A stretch of 63,843 nucleotides of DNA, counting the filler, from Octopus bimaculoides (lineage: Eukaryota), in the NCBI RefSeq assembly GCF_001194135.2. It is 3 parts of 3 records of this genome, joined end to end, with 100 filler letters (N's around TTAATTAATTAA, not from the genome) between each part and the next. Parts side by side here need not be neighbours in the genome. Positions count along the whole stretch, not along the records: positions 48,163 to 63,843 come from NC_069003.1; 2 more parts are not named here. One strand, 5' to 3'. A program made the position numbers and the translations under genes. Under the pieces are notes generated by a model. The model worked only from the letters and a program-made list of their open reading frames with translations, was not told the DNA's origin and made no database searches. Shown in pieces: positions 48,163 through 60,197 of this stretch (its first letter is position 1; every line of letters begins with the position of its first letter).

Positions 48163-49175
48163 CTGTATGATGCATGTGTACGAACAGCCATGCTACATGG
48201 CAGTGAAACATGGGCCGTGACTGCTGAAGACATGCGTAAGCTCGAAAGGAATGAAGCCAGTATGCTCCGATGGATGTGTAATGTCAGTGTGCATACCCAA
48301 CAGAGTGTAAGTACCTTGAGAGAAAAGTTGAACCGAAGAAGCATCAGTTGTGGTGTGCAAGAGAGACGATTGCGTTGGTATGGTCATGTGGTGAGAATGG
48401 ATGAGGATAGCTGTGTGAAAAAGTGCCACACCCAAGCAGTTGAGGGAACCTGTGGAAGAGGTAGGCCCGGAAGACCTGGGATGAGGTGGTGAAGCGTGAC
48501 CTCCGAACATTGGGCCTCACCAAGACAATGACTTCTGACCAAGACCTTTGGAAATATGCTGTGCGTGAGAGAACCCGGCAAGTCAAGTGAGACCAAAATC
48601 CAAGGCCTCTGCCAGGGATGTAGCCATCCCACTTATGCGTACCTTTACTTCATTGGACACTAAATTCAGCTTGCAAAGACCTGTCGAGGCAAGTGTAATC
48701 GAAATCGAACTAAATTCGATGACTGGCCCCCATGCCAACGTCTCCTTCATTGGACACTAAACTCGGCTTGCGAAGACCTGTTGGAGCAAGCGAAAGTGAA
48801 ATCGTGATGGCACCTGTACCAGTGGAGCGCTAAGAGCACGGTTCGAGCGTGATCGTCACCAGCGTCGCCTTCCTGGCACGTGAAAAGTCGTTCGAGCGAG
48901 ATCGTTGCCAGTGCCGCTGGACTGTGCAGGTGGCACGTAAAATACACCATTTTGAGCGTGGCCGTAGCCAGTATCGCCTGACTGGCCTTCGCGCCGGTGG
49001 CACGTAAAAGCACCCACTACACTCTCGGAGTGGTTGGCGTTAGGAAGAGCATCCAGCTGTAGAAACTCTGCGAAATCAGATTGGAGCCTGGTGTAGCCAT
49101 CTGGTTCACCAGTCCTCAGTCCAACCCATGCTAGCATGGAAAGCGGACGTTAAACGATGATGATGATGATGATGA
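48163..49175 (+). mobile_element. Young RTE-clade LINE 3' end with long 3' UTR and (GAT)n tail
   Basis: MLHGSETWAVTAEDMRKLERNEASMLRWMCNV...RRLRWYGHVVRM...GRGRP; the UTR contains a duplicated ccttcattggacactaaa block and ends in the family C tail. Confidence 0.92.
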
Positions 49176-49187
49176 CACACACACAAA

Positions 49188-49362
49188 AGATGTATGCATA
49201 TTTATGTATGTACGTATACATGACAACACACTCCTTCACTCATCTCTCTCTCTCTCACACGTCCACATACAAAAAAGATGTGCGCATATTTATTTATGCA
49301 TGTACGTATACATGACAACACACTCCTTTACTTATCTCTTTCTCTCTCACACGTCCATTTCA
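49188..49362. repeat. Tandem duplication, 88 bp period
   Basis: agatgt...gtacgtatacatgacaacacactcctt...cacacgtcca starts at 49188 and 49276. Confidence 0.85.
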
Positions 49363-49879
49363 TATACACGTACATACATCATAACTACCGGACCCATACA
49401 TCTTTCACATTCTCCTCTCTTTCATTTTAAAACAAAAGTAAATGAATAAAAAAAAAATTACGGAAATTAACGAACAAGACCAGCTGTTTATTTTGGCATT
49501 GCTCCCCATCACTTCAAAGGCTGTGGTGAAAAACAATAGGAAAAATCCCTGTCAAAACGGAAAATTTTCATTTTATGTGGTCTTCCTTATCCGAAACACC
49601 TCTCTCCATACACTCAGAAAAAAAATGTCCACACAAATTTCTTTATAATCGTAATCTACGCAGTTTGAAAAGTATTTGTATAAACTTTCATTACACAAGG
49701 AGAGGATTGAAGAACGAATTAGTTATTTTATTACGTTCATAATTTTGAAGCCTCTTTAAATTAATAAGTAAACTTACTACGTGTATTAACTTCTTTCTTT
49801 CTCTCGTTTCTACATCACATAATCTAATCTCTTTCAGGTTTTGGGGGTTTCCCAACTTTCTTTTTTTTTTATCCATTTA

Positions 49880-50045
49880 TAATCCTTTCACAAGGCCTGA
49901 AATTTACGGGGAGTTGAGTAGTCGAATACAACGATCCCAGTGCTCAACTGGTACTTGTTTTAATGACCTCAAAAGACGAAAGGTAAAGTCGACCTCGGTG
50001 GCATTTGAACTTCGAACATAAAGACGAATGAAATACCTCTAAGCA
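49880..50045 (-). mobile_element. SINE family A fragment
   Basis: cacaaggcctgaaatt...ccagtgctcaactggtact...aaagtcgacctcggtggcatttgaact. Confidence 0.8.
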
Positions 50046-50814
50046 TATTAATAATATTGACATTACACAGATGATAATGGCATAAAAGTTATAGGGAACG
50101 AAATCGAAAGAGGCACTTTTGTTGGTATGCCATAATATTAATAATTTTTTTTTTTTACCACAGGGACATCACATGAATAGGTTTACTTATTAAACTATTT
50201 AAATTAACGTGTGTATGAAATGTATGTTCCAGCCAAGCAAACACTATTCACAGACGCACAGACATAAACATATAAACACACACAGACCCCCACCCCCACC
50301 CGGCCAGGCATAATTTTAAAACGCAATAAAACGTCGAAATACTACAGAAGGAAGACACGAAAGATAAAAGCAACAAACAGTAAGATGAGTGGGGTAGGGA
50401 ACAAAACTAGAGAAAATATAAACAAAATGGATGTCTCACAGTAATAGAAGAGTCTGTGGTGGATTTCGAGGTTTGTTGATGTATTGTTTCATGGTTTTTA
50501 ACCTTTGTAGGTGGCACATCTTTCAGCATATGACCTTGATAAGGGTTTGTAGCAATGAAAGGTGGGAGTATAATATAAAATATATATGATATATAGAATG
50601 AGGTTAGAATTTAGTCGAAGAAGCCAGACGATGTTGAAAACAGTTAAGCGCTGAGGAACAAGACTGGTAAAATTGGCATTGACGGTGTAACATGACGTTC
50701 GTTCCCTGTGTGATAAATGTCTTCCTCTACACAAGTATAACATGAGTTTTCCGGAACCCTTGCTTCCAAAGCAGATGCTACGTTAGAGTGCAGTCCTGTA
50801 TCTGTAGTGTACAC

Positions 50815-52024
50815 CAGGGATGGGGAACTAGCGGTTCTAGGCCATTATGTGTAGCCTTTTGAACGAATCCAAATTCTGTAGAACAAATCTTTTTATTTTC
50901 ATAAATGTTCATCTTTTATTTTCATTTTAACCTTAAAAAATCCAAGCATTTCGGAAAAAAGCTATCTTTTTTTCAAAACCCTTCTTCTTTAAAAGGTACT
51001 TTCAGATGACCATTTTCCCCAGTTAGCCGCAAAGGTCATTGATGAATAGGAAGATTCATACAAATCATTCGAAGAATACACAACTGTTATGTACTTATTA
51101 ATTGGAGAATTCAGTGAAAGGTTCACTGACTTTAAGAATCATGACATCACAATCAAATCAGCATTTCAACCTCACGTAGTTGATGTTACCAAGGCTCCAA
51201 ATGGAACCTTTTGAGCTCTCAGAAGATGACATTTTAAAGTCTTATTTGACACGAAGAAAGACCTGATTGAGATATCGAAAAATGCAATAGAATATCCATG
51301 CCATCGGCAACATGCATGAAAAATGCCTTCCTGCTTTTCAACCACTTATTGCCACAAATCTACATTCTCCCTAACCAAAGTCAATATGCCTATAGGAAAG
51401 TGGGTTATACATCATTAGATGTATACCTGACTTTCCTATATAAAATTAAGAATATAACGGAACGCTGAACTCCAGACTATCAACACAAACAACATTTATT
51501 CAAGGTGGTTAATATATACGTCTTCTGTGTGTGTGAGCATGGTTGTTGGGACGTTGGTATGTAGATGTGAGCGAGCTGTCTAGCGTAAGTTCGAAAGATG
51601 GAGAGAGACAGCTAAACACGTCCTTGCTCAATCGCTGGCCAGTAAGAAAGAGACAGAATGAAGCAGGAAAGCTTGGTTGTTGAATTCCACGCATGCGTGA
51701 GACTACGCATGCGCACGGCGTTACTACATGCCCTTAAGGTCACAGATGGCATAACCATCTAGAGGATCAGCTGAAACTGCAGACCTTCATGCTGCATCCA
51801 AATATTCAAATGCTTTTCTTAAAAAGTAGTCACAACAAAGTCAGTGAACTTTAGAAGTAAGAAAATTTTTTCATCTTTTGAAGTTAACTGGTACACAGAA
51901 ATTAGATTTTTACAAAATAATGTAGATTTTGAAAAATATCTAATTGAAATTTCTTGAATGTGACCTTATTTGATTACAACTAACTGAATGCAGTCTTTGA
52001 AGGTGAAAAAGTTCCCCACCTCTG
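50815..52024 (+). mobile_element. hAT (Charlie/SPIN-like) internally deleted element
   Basis: TIR-like cagggatggggaact / agttccccacctctg; relic EFSERFTDF...FSTTYCHKSTFS (hAT dimerisation domain); 8 bp flanks do not match (gtgtacac vs gtctgtgc). Confidence 0.7.
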
Positions 52025-52489
52025 GTCTGTGCTATGAAATGACCTGATCTAGGTTATGATTAAGGTTCCACATGTTAAGGCAGCACCCCAAAGCCTTTCT
52101 GGGTTATTGATTTTTCTTCTGGACCAGAGATATTTGGTCAAACTATTCTAAATTAAACAATTATTAAATTTACTTCTATAATTAAATCAAGGCAATTTTT
52201 TGGTATTAGCACACAACGATATTTGCCCACACAACATTGCTTCATAATAAAGAGAGTGAATGACGTCTACTAAAACCAGAAGACTGCCTAAATTAAATAC
52301 ATGTACCAGTACATTAGTGTAGATTAGTGTAGATTATAAGAGGTTCCGGACCATCAATGTCCAAAATGGTGGTGTAGTACCTGTGTATAATATTCACTAC
52401 AGTACCCATAAAGTATAATTATATATACACCAGGTTATAACTATATATCCTTATTCTGGCTATAAAATAAATGCCCACCTAGGGTATCA

Positions 52490-52692
52490 TTCACAGCTCA
52501 CTCTCTCAATCAAATTGACATCGTCTGAATAGCAGCACGGTGTACAATGTGCCAGGTGTCGAAGTGATCGCAAATCAACGCAACATGATATGTTTTGCTC
52601 AAAAAACAACGCATCACTCAGTCTACGAATTGAAGCCACAATCTCATGATCATGAGTGCAATACCCTAAGCACTCAGCCATGTGCACTCATG
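52490..52692 (-). mobile_element. SINE family E copy
   Basis: Reverse complement agtgcacatggctgagtgcttagggtattgcactcatgatc...gcgttgttttttgagcaaaacat matches 54507-54620. Confidence 0.7.
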
Positions 52693-52694
52693 CC

Positions 52695-52734
<40 letters not shown>

Positions 52735-52735
<1 letters not shown>

Positions 52736-52875
52736 TCTTTCTACTATTGGCACAAGGCCTGAAATTTGAGGGAATGACTTAATTGATTATATTGGCCCCA
52801 GTGCTCAACTGGTACTTATTTTATCAACCCTGAAATAAAGAAAAGCAAAGTTGACCTCACTTGAACTTGAACTGA
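52735..52875 (-). mobile_element. SINE family A 3' fragment next to (AAT)n
   Basis: ggcacaaggcctgaaattt...ccccagtgctcaactggtacttattttatcaaccc. Confidence 0.8.
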
Positions 52876-53579
52876 GATTAATTCATTAAATAATACATCA
52901 ATCCATTAATTTCAGATTACTATTATTAATTCTGGATCAGAAAACTATAAGAAAGAAAAAAAAATCCATTCATTCATCCATCTTTGTCTTCCTACTATTC
53001 CTGAATGAGTTGTTGGGAGTAGAGTCCTCAGGTGCCACCTCCATGGGGTCCTATCCAAAGCAACTGTCAGTGCACTTAACACCTAATGTCAGTACAACCA
53101 GCAATAAGCCTACAGTTTGATCTGGGAAGCATGTAGTGAGAGTACAAAAATGCATGTCCCAGGACCCCTGACATTGGTCCAGGAGAGCATGACTATTAGT
53201 GTTGGAGAGGGAATAAAAAGTAATAAATAGAAATGAAAGAGAAATGTAGATGTGACTTACATGCGACATGGTGAATGATTTGGGTAGAGAAATATAGACA
53301 GTTGTATTTGAATACTGCTTGGCCATTGTTTGGTACATATTTAGGCCTTTGAGTGCTTTATAAACCTTCTTTCTGAGTTTGTGTGTGTGTCTGTCAGCTG
53401 AGGGCTGAGATGGTGGGGGAGAGAGAAACTAGTTCAGATTACATCGTAGAGAAACAAACAGGAGTTTATATAGATCAGGCCTTATCTACAACTGGATTAG
53501 ACTTGTTCATGGCAAATCATTGATAGTATTGTTGTTATTATTGTTGCTGTTGTTGTTATCATCAACATGTTTATTATCA

Positions 53580-54505
53580 AGGTGATGGGCTGGCAGAATC
53601 GCTAGCATGCCAAACAAAATGCTTAATGGTATTTTTTCAGCTTCATGTTCTGAGTTCGAATTCTACCAAGGTTGATAAAATAAGCACCAGTTGAGCACTG
53701 GGGTCAATATAATCAACTTACCCACTTCCCTGAAATTACTAGCCTTGTACTTATAGTAGAAAGGATTATTATTATTATTATTACTATGCTGCCAAGGTTG
53801 ATTTTGCCTTTCATTCTTTCGGGGTTGATAAAATAAGTACCAGTTAAGTATTGGGGTTGATGTAATTGACTTAACCCCTCCCCTGGTTATTATTATCATC
53901 ATCACCATCACCATCATCATCATCATCATCATCATCATTATCATTATTATTATTATTATTATCATCATTATTTAGGCGACGAGCTGGCAGAATCATTAGT
54001 GCATTGGACAAAATGCTTAGCAGTATTTTGCCCATCGCTACATTCTGAGTTCAAATTCTACAAAGGTCAACTCTGCCTTTCGTCCTTTTGGGGTCGATAA
54101 AATAAGTACCAGTTGAACACTGGAGTCAATGTAATCGATTCATCCCCTCCCCCAAAATTGCTGCCCTTATGGCAAAATTTGCAGCAAGTTGGCAGAATTG
54201 TTACTATGTTGCGGAAAATGCTTAGTAAAATTTCATCAGCTTTATATTCTGTGTTAAAATTCCACTGAGGTCAATCTTACTTTTCATCCTTTTGAGGTTG
54301 GTAAAATAAGTACCAGTTGAGCACTGGGGTTAATGTGATCAACTTACTCCCTCCCACAAAATTTGAAACCATTATTATTATCAACTTGTTCTTATTTTAT
54401 CGACCTTAAAAGGATGAAAGGCAAAGTCAACCTCAGCGGAATTTGAACACAGAACCTAAAGATGGACAAAATACCATCAAGCATTTTTTTTGGAATGCTA
54501 ATGAT
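53580..54505 (+). mobile_element. Cluster of five SINE family A copies/fragments separated by (ATT)/(CAT) repeats (last one inverted)
   Basis: Cores at about 53580, 53790, 53972 and 54183 (+) and 54385-54505 (-). Confidence 0.85.
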
Positions 54506-54506
54506 G

Positions 54507-54790
54507 TGAGGGCGCATGGCCCAGTGGTTAGGGTGTTGCACTCACGATCTAGTGATCATAATTTCAATTCCTAGACCTGGTTGTGCGTTGTGTTCTTGAG
54601 CAAAACACTTCATCTCATGTTGCTCTGCAATCACTTCGACACCTGATGCATGGTACACCATGCACCTGTTCAGACAATGTTGATTTGATGGCGAGATTAA
54701 GCTAATGCGCAGCATGAACACTTGATCATTATAAACAAATCATTTGTGCAGGTCATTTGGCAAAAACTGAATGCTTATACTTCATCTTTG
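54507..54790 (+). mobile_element. SINE family E copy
   Basis: gggcgcatggcccagtggttagggtgttgcac...ttcaattcc...gttcttgagcaaaacactt. Confidence 0.72.
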
Positions 54791-54849
54791 ACAGGAGAGT
54801 CCATCATTATCATTTCATTTACACACCACAGATTAGACTGTTGGCAAAA

Positions 54850-56522
54850 TTCCTAACATCAGGCAGCAAGTAAGCTTATATGCTAGGAATATTCCTAAAT
54901 ATGCTAGTTTTTCTTAATAATACTGTCTTCTGGAGCTGCACTAAACTTGGTTTTATGCCTTTTTCCTCTATCCATCTGTTCAAATCTTTAGGAATAGTTC
55001 CTAATACACCTTTAACTACAGGAATACATTTTACTTACACTTTCCATAGCCTCTATAATTAAATGGATTGGTTCTGGTATTTTGCTATTTTCTCTATACT
55101 TCTCATATTGACGTTCTCATCATTTGGCACTTCCTATTCTCTTTGTCTACCACTACTAAATAATACCTTCTAGCTTTATATTACTCTGTCTGAATATTAA
55201 AATCTCACAATATCTTATATTTCTCATTTCCTAGCACTTTACTAGGTTCATGTTCATACTACTTATCAGTATGATCAAATCCTAGCTGTGTATATAACTC
55301 CAAGTGGATTATTTCTCCTTAGGTTGTCACAATTTTTTAGTATCCTTTCTGTGCCAGCATACTATATTCACTAACTATATGAGTAACACTTTCTTCCTTT
55401 GATTTACATAACTTACATTGGGAATCTACCTGATTTTTGTCTATATTGATTTTTATCCAGTTAATCTTCAATGCCTGATCTTGTGCTGCTACTAATACAC
55501 TGTCTCCCTCTTCAGCCTTCCTTTCTGTAACACCAGTCATGCCTCATTCTTTCTATTTTCTGTAACTATCTTTGGAAATCTACCATTCAAGGCCTTCTCT
55601 TGCCAGTCTGATAATCTTGCTTCTTTTTTTATGGGAGTTTTTAACTATTTGGATTTTTGGTTACAATTGGTACGGCTAAAATATTAATTGCTTTGATCTT
55701 GTATCTTGCATTTAGCTCTGCCTTGAGTATTGCCCTTACTCTGCAATAACATTCTTTTCCTTCATCATTGAATGTTTAATTCCATCACCTTCGTATACCT
55801 CTAAGTATTTGTAACCTTCCTTTGGTTCTAATTCCTTTATAACATTCTCTTGGTCAAGTTTAATGTTTCTGTCATTTTCCCTCTGATGAAGGTAGCTTTT
55901 ATGCATTTATCTAGGCCAAATTCCATCCTGATGTCATCACTATTGCTAGTAAGCCATGCACTTTCTGGTCATTTGTTGCAAAAAGCTTTAAATCATCCAT
56001 GTAAAAGAGATGATTTATAGTTTTGTTAAAAATTTTATAGCCACATAGTGCTTTATCGAGCAATTTGGGAAGAAGTATTAAGACTAGACAAAAAAGATGT
56101 GGAGATAGGGAGTCATCCTGGAAAATGTCACATGAAATTCTTATGTCCCCAGCATTTGACAATTCATTCTCGCTATTCAAAGTCAGTGTAGTTTTTCATG
56201 ATTTCATACTTATAGATAAGAATTTTTGCAAAGTAGGTGCTATTTTATAAATTTCCAGACATTTCTCTATCCAGCTATGTGGTAGACTATCAAAATCTTT
56301 TTTATTGTCTATCCGGGCTATTTTGTGCTGTTTGTGACAATCTTCCAAAATCGTCTTATTCATTAGAAGCTGATCTTTGCAACTATAGGACCCATGTTTA
56401 CCTCCTTTTTGCTCATTAGGGAATATGCTGTCTTCTGTAAGGAAGTTACTGGTGCATTTAATCAAGATAGATGTTGATATCTTATACATCATTGTGAAGC
56501 AGGTTAGGGTCTATAGTTTTTT
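54850..56522 (-). mobile_element. R4/Dong-like non-LTR retrotransposon relic (RT, CCHC, RLE)
   Basis: NYRP, KDQLLMNKTILED, IFQDDSLSPHLFCL, INHLFYMDDLKLFA, AAQDQAL..NWIK, CKLCKSKEESVTHIVSE, IPVVKGVLGTIPK, LQKTVLL. Confidence 0.9.
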
Positions 56523-57284
56523 GGTTCATTTGTTTCTTATTTTTTTTTTTTTTTTAGAAGTCGAAATATAATACTATTAACCAGTCAAGAGGGCATCATA
56601 TTAAGTGCTGCAAAATATTGGGGTCAATGTAATCGATTAGTCCCCTCTCCCAAAATTTCAGGCCTTGTGCCTTTAGTAGAAAGGATTATGCTGGTTTATA
56701 AATTTTTTTTTTTTTTTTTACTCTGATGCAAGTATGTGAATAAGTGTTTTTTACTCATTGTGATGTAGTGAATTCAATTTTCTGATCAGTTTTGCTCTAT
56801 CACCTCGTTTTTGCTTTCACATATCCCATTTTAACTATACTGCATATAAATTCAAAATGTAATGAGTTTATTTCATCTGTTACAAAGGCATATTACAGAA
56901 AAAAAAAACAGCATAGATAGAGAACATTGATGGAACTAAATTACTTGGATAATGCAATACACACAAATCATACACTGAACTGTAAAAGAAATGCAATTTT
57001 TTCAAATGTCATTTACCACATGGTAAATTCTGAAAATTTATTTCAGGGATGTAAGTGTAAATATTCCAAGACATACTGGTTTATGGCTGTGACCCAAATT
57101 GCAAGTAACCTTTCAACTTTCCTTGAAATGAGACACCAAAATGCAGCTGTATTGAATGCTGTGGGTGGCAGTCACAAACAATTATCATCAAAACCGAAAT
57201 GCACATGCATCTCGTGGAGGTTATGGGTATAAAAAATTAGCTTGAATCGCGTCCCTGGCATTCATAATTTGGGATGCAACAGGT

Positions 57285-57455
57285 ATGACCCAATTGTCAG
57301 TAGTGCAGAGAGAACAAGCTATTGGCTGATTACAAGCAGGGCATCATACTCTGGTTGTTGCAAAAGCTTACAATGTCCCTGTCAGCACCATCTATCACCT
57401 GCAACAGCGATACAGCACCAATAGCACTGCAGACTGTGCCTACAGAGGGCGCCCC
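57285..57455 (+). mobile_element. Tc1-like transposase N-terminal paired HTH relic
   Basis: MTQLSVVQREQAIG*LQAG...VAKAYNVPVSTIYHLQQRY...RGRP resembles Tc1 MPRL....R..AIG.L.AG...GRP. Confidence 0.75.
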
Positions 57456-57920
57456 CAGGCAGAGCCAGCCTTAGGAGATGTGGGTCCCAATTGGGAACAG
57501 TTTTGGTGGGCCTCAGGTTCCCAGTCAATTTGCACCAAGGTCTATAGAATCATAAAATTATTATAAATGTCTATTATGGACTTTATCTCTGTGGTAAAAT
57601 AAAAAGCAATCAAAATGTGCACTTAAAAATGCCTGCGAGTTAATAGACTTGTAGCAGTGCTGTCAGGTTTACCAACTAAAACCACCAGTCATGTGACCAA
57701 GCATTTCCGCAGCAACAGGAACCTGGTGTTTCAGTAGTCAAACGCTGAAACATAGTCACGTGACCCTGGCTCACTGACAAGCTTGTGTTCCCTGCTATGT
57801 CTACACCACTGTCTTATTACTAGCTCTTCTGACAGAAGAGACAGCAAGGGACATTGCCTTGACAGCCGAGGAAAGCCAGGGAGCAGGTGAGATGTCACTT
57901 CCATCATCAAACTGCTAGCT
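57456..57920 (+). mobile_element. Possible hAT/Tip100-like 5' end truncating the Tc1 relic
   Basis: Begins caggcagagccagccttagg...gggtccc (resembling CAGGGCCGGCCTTAGG-type termini); no second end found. Confidence 0.35.
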
Positions 57921-60197
57921 CATTGTCATTTTAACAGCGTGCAATTCCATGTGAGCATGCTAAGTCTACCACACATGTAATCATATTTATTGAGAGTCCT
58001 GTCTTGTAAAAGTAATGCAATAAATGAGTGATCAATTTGAATACACGTTTGTCTTCATCCATCACACCAGGTAACTACCAACTTCAACACTACCATTTTA
58101 ATATAAATTGCATAAGGATGGTCGAACAGGGAGAATCGTTAACATGGCAGCCGAAATGCTTTGTTGATAGCACAGAAAAAAATTTAATTTGATGCAAAAA
58201 CGTCATTTGCAGTATATTAGGGGATGAGATTAGCTGATAGCACAAGGAAAAAACATTATTTCTCACCAAAATCAAGTTGGGTGTTGCTAAACTATAAATT
58301 TAAACTACATCTAAACTACGCCTTTTAAAAATATTCTGGCAAAAATCAGAAAGAAATTTAGCGACATCCCAAAGAAACTTTTATTTCTTGCATGTTATGC
58401 TAAAAGAGATACATGTAAAATGCAAACTATTAATTATTAATTAGAATTTTTCGGAAGCTGGTTATATACTTATTAGTTATTTTTTTTCTCTAAGCTCTGT
58501 TGTAAGACACAGTCCTGTCTGTGCGGCAAGAACTTTGTTTCTTAGCCATATGTTTCTGGATTTAGCACCAGTGTATGAAACCAAATGTCCCCGTTATTTG
58601 TGCTTGTCCAAAACTTGAATGGGTGCCATTGCAAAGAGATTTTCTGTTTTGAACAAGAGACAAGAAATTTTATCTCACTTCCCCAATCTTTCTCTCTCCC
58701 ACTATACACATACATACACGTGCACGTGTGTGTGTATACAATTCCCCACAAAATAAAAACACATATACATACAATCATACACATAAATACAAAGACCTCA
58801 ACCAAACCACTGTCAAAAATAATTGAACTTTTAACCTTTAACCATTGTAGCCAAAATACTGAGTACTGTATTATTTTACACATACACAACCATTTAGCCT
58901 TTTGCTTTTATCATTTTCATTATTTTTTGCTTTCTTTAATACATACATATANNNNNNNNNNNNNNNNNNNNNNNNNNNNNNNNNNNNNNNNNNNNNNNNN
59001 NNNNNNNNNNNNNNNNNNNNNNNNNNNNNNNNNNNNNNNNNNNNNNNNNNNNNNNNNNNNNNNNNNNNNNNNNNNNNNNNNNNNNNNNNNNNNNNNNNNN
59101 NNNNNNNNNNNNNNNNNNNNNNNNNNNNNNNNNNNNNNNNNNNNNNNNNNNNNNNNNNNNNNNNNNNNNNNNNNNNNNNNNNNNNNNNNNNNNNNNNNNN
59201 NNNNNNNNNNNNNNNNNNNNNNNNNNNNNNNNNNNNNNNNNNNNNNNNNNNNNNNNNNNNNNNNNNNNNNNNNNNNNNNNNNNNNNNNNNNNNNNNNNNN
59301 NNNNNNNNNNNNNNNNNNNNNNNNNNNNNNNNNNNNNNNNNNNNNNNNNNNNNNNNNNNNNNNNNNNNNNNNNNNNNNNNNNNNNNNNNNNNNNNNNNNN
59401 NNNNNNNNNNNNNNNNNNNNNNNNNNNNNNNNNNNNNNNNNNNNNNNNNNNNNNNNNNNNNNNNNNNATATATATATATATATAAAAGTGAAACCTTTGC
59501 CACAGTAGGTCAAATACTTTCACTTTTATATTGTTTCACTATGTGTATATATATATATACATGTATACTCATATATTGTTTGTAAAATTTTTATTATGAT
59601 CACTATGGATCTATACAGATGATACAAAAACAAATACAAACAGATGTACAAAATGTATGAATTCTTTATAAATTTTAAAAAATTTTTACGATGTCTTTAC
59701 AATTTAAATAACGATGACTTTGAATATTCAGANNNNNNNNNNNNNNNNNNNNNNNNNNNNNNNNNNNNNNNNNNNNNNNNNNNNNNNNNNNNNNNNNNNN
59801 NNNNNNNNNNNNNNNNNNNNNNNNNNNNNNNNTCAGTAGATGTACACCTAACTTTCCTATGTTAAATTAGAAGTGAATTGAATGCAGAAACTCCAAACTG
59901 ATCAACAACAACAAATATTTATTGTATGGTGAAAAATAAAACAGCTTCCAATTGTCCGGTTTTAGAGTAGCCTGAAATGTAGATGTACGGTTCGTCGAGC
60001 TGGTGTCGTTGTAGAGACAACTTGGTTCAACCACACTCAAATGGGAGAGCCTGCTTAGACGTCTTGCTTGGTCGCTGTCTGCGGGTAAAGAGACAGACTA
60101 ATAGCGGGAACGCTTCGATGTTGAAACCCACGCATGCGTGGTTAAGGATTGAGCTATGGCGACTATGCCTTTTTGGTGCCAATATGACGTCACTACA

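Noticed and set aside
57836-57893. ctgacag-52 nt-gtgaga apparent exon
   Set aside because: It lies within a probable DNA-transposon end, and the peptide is unrecognised.
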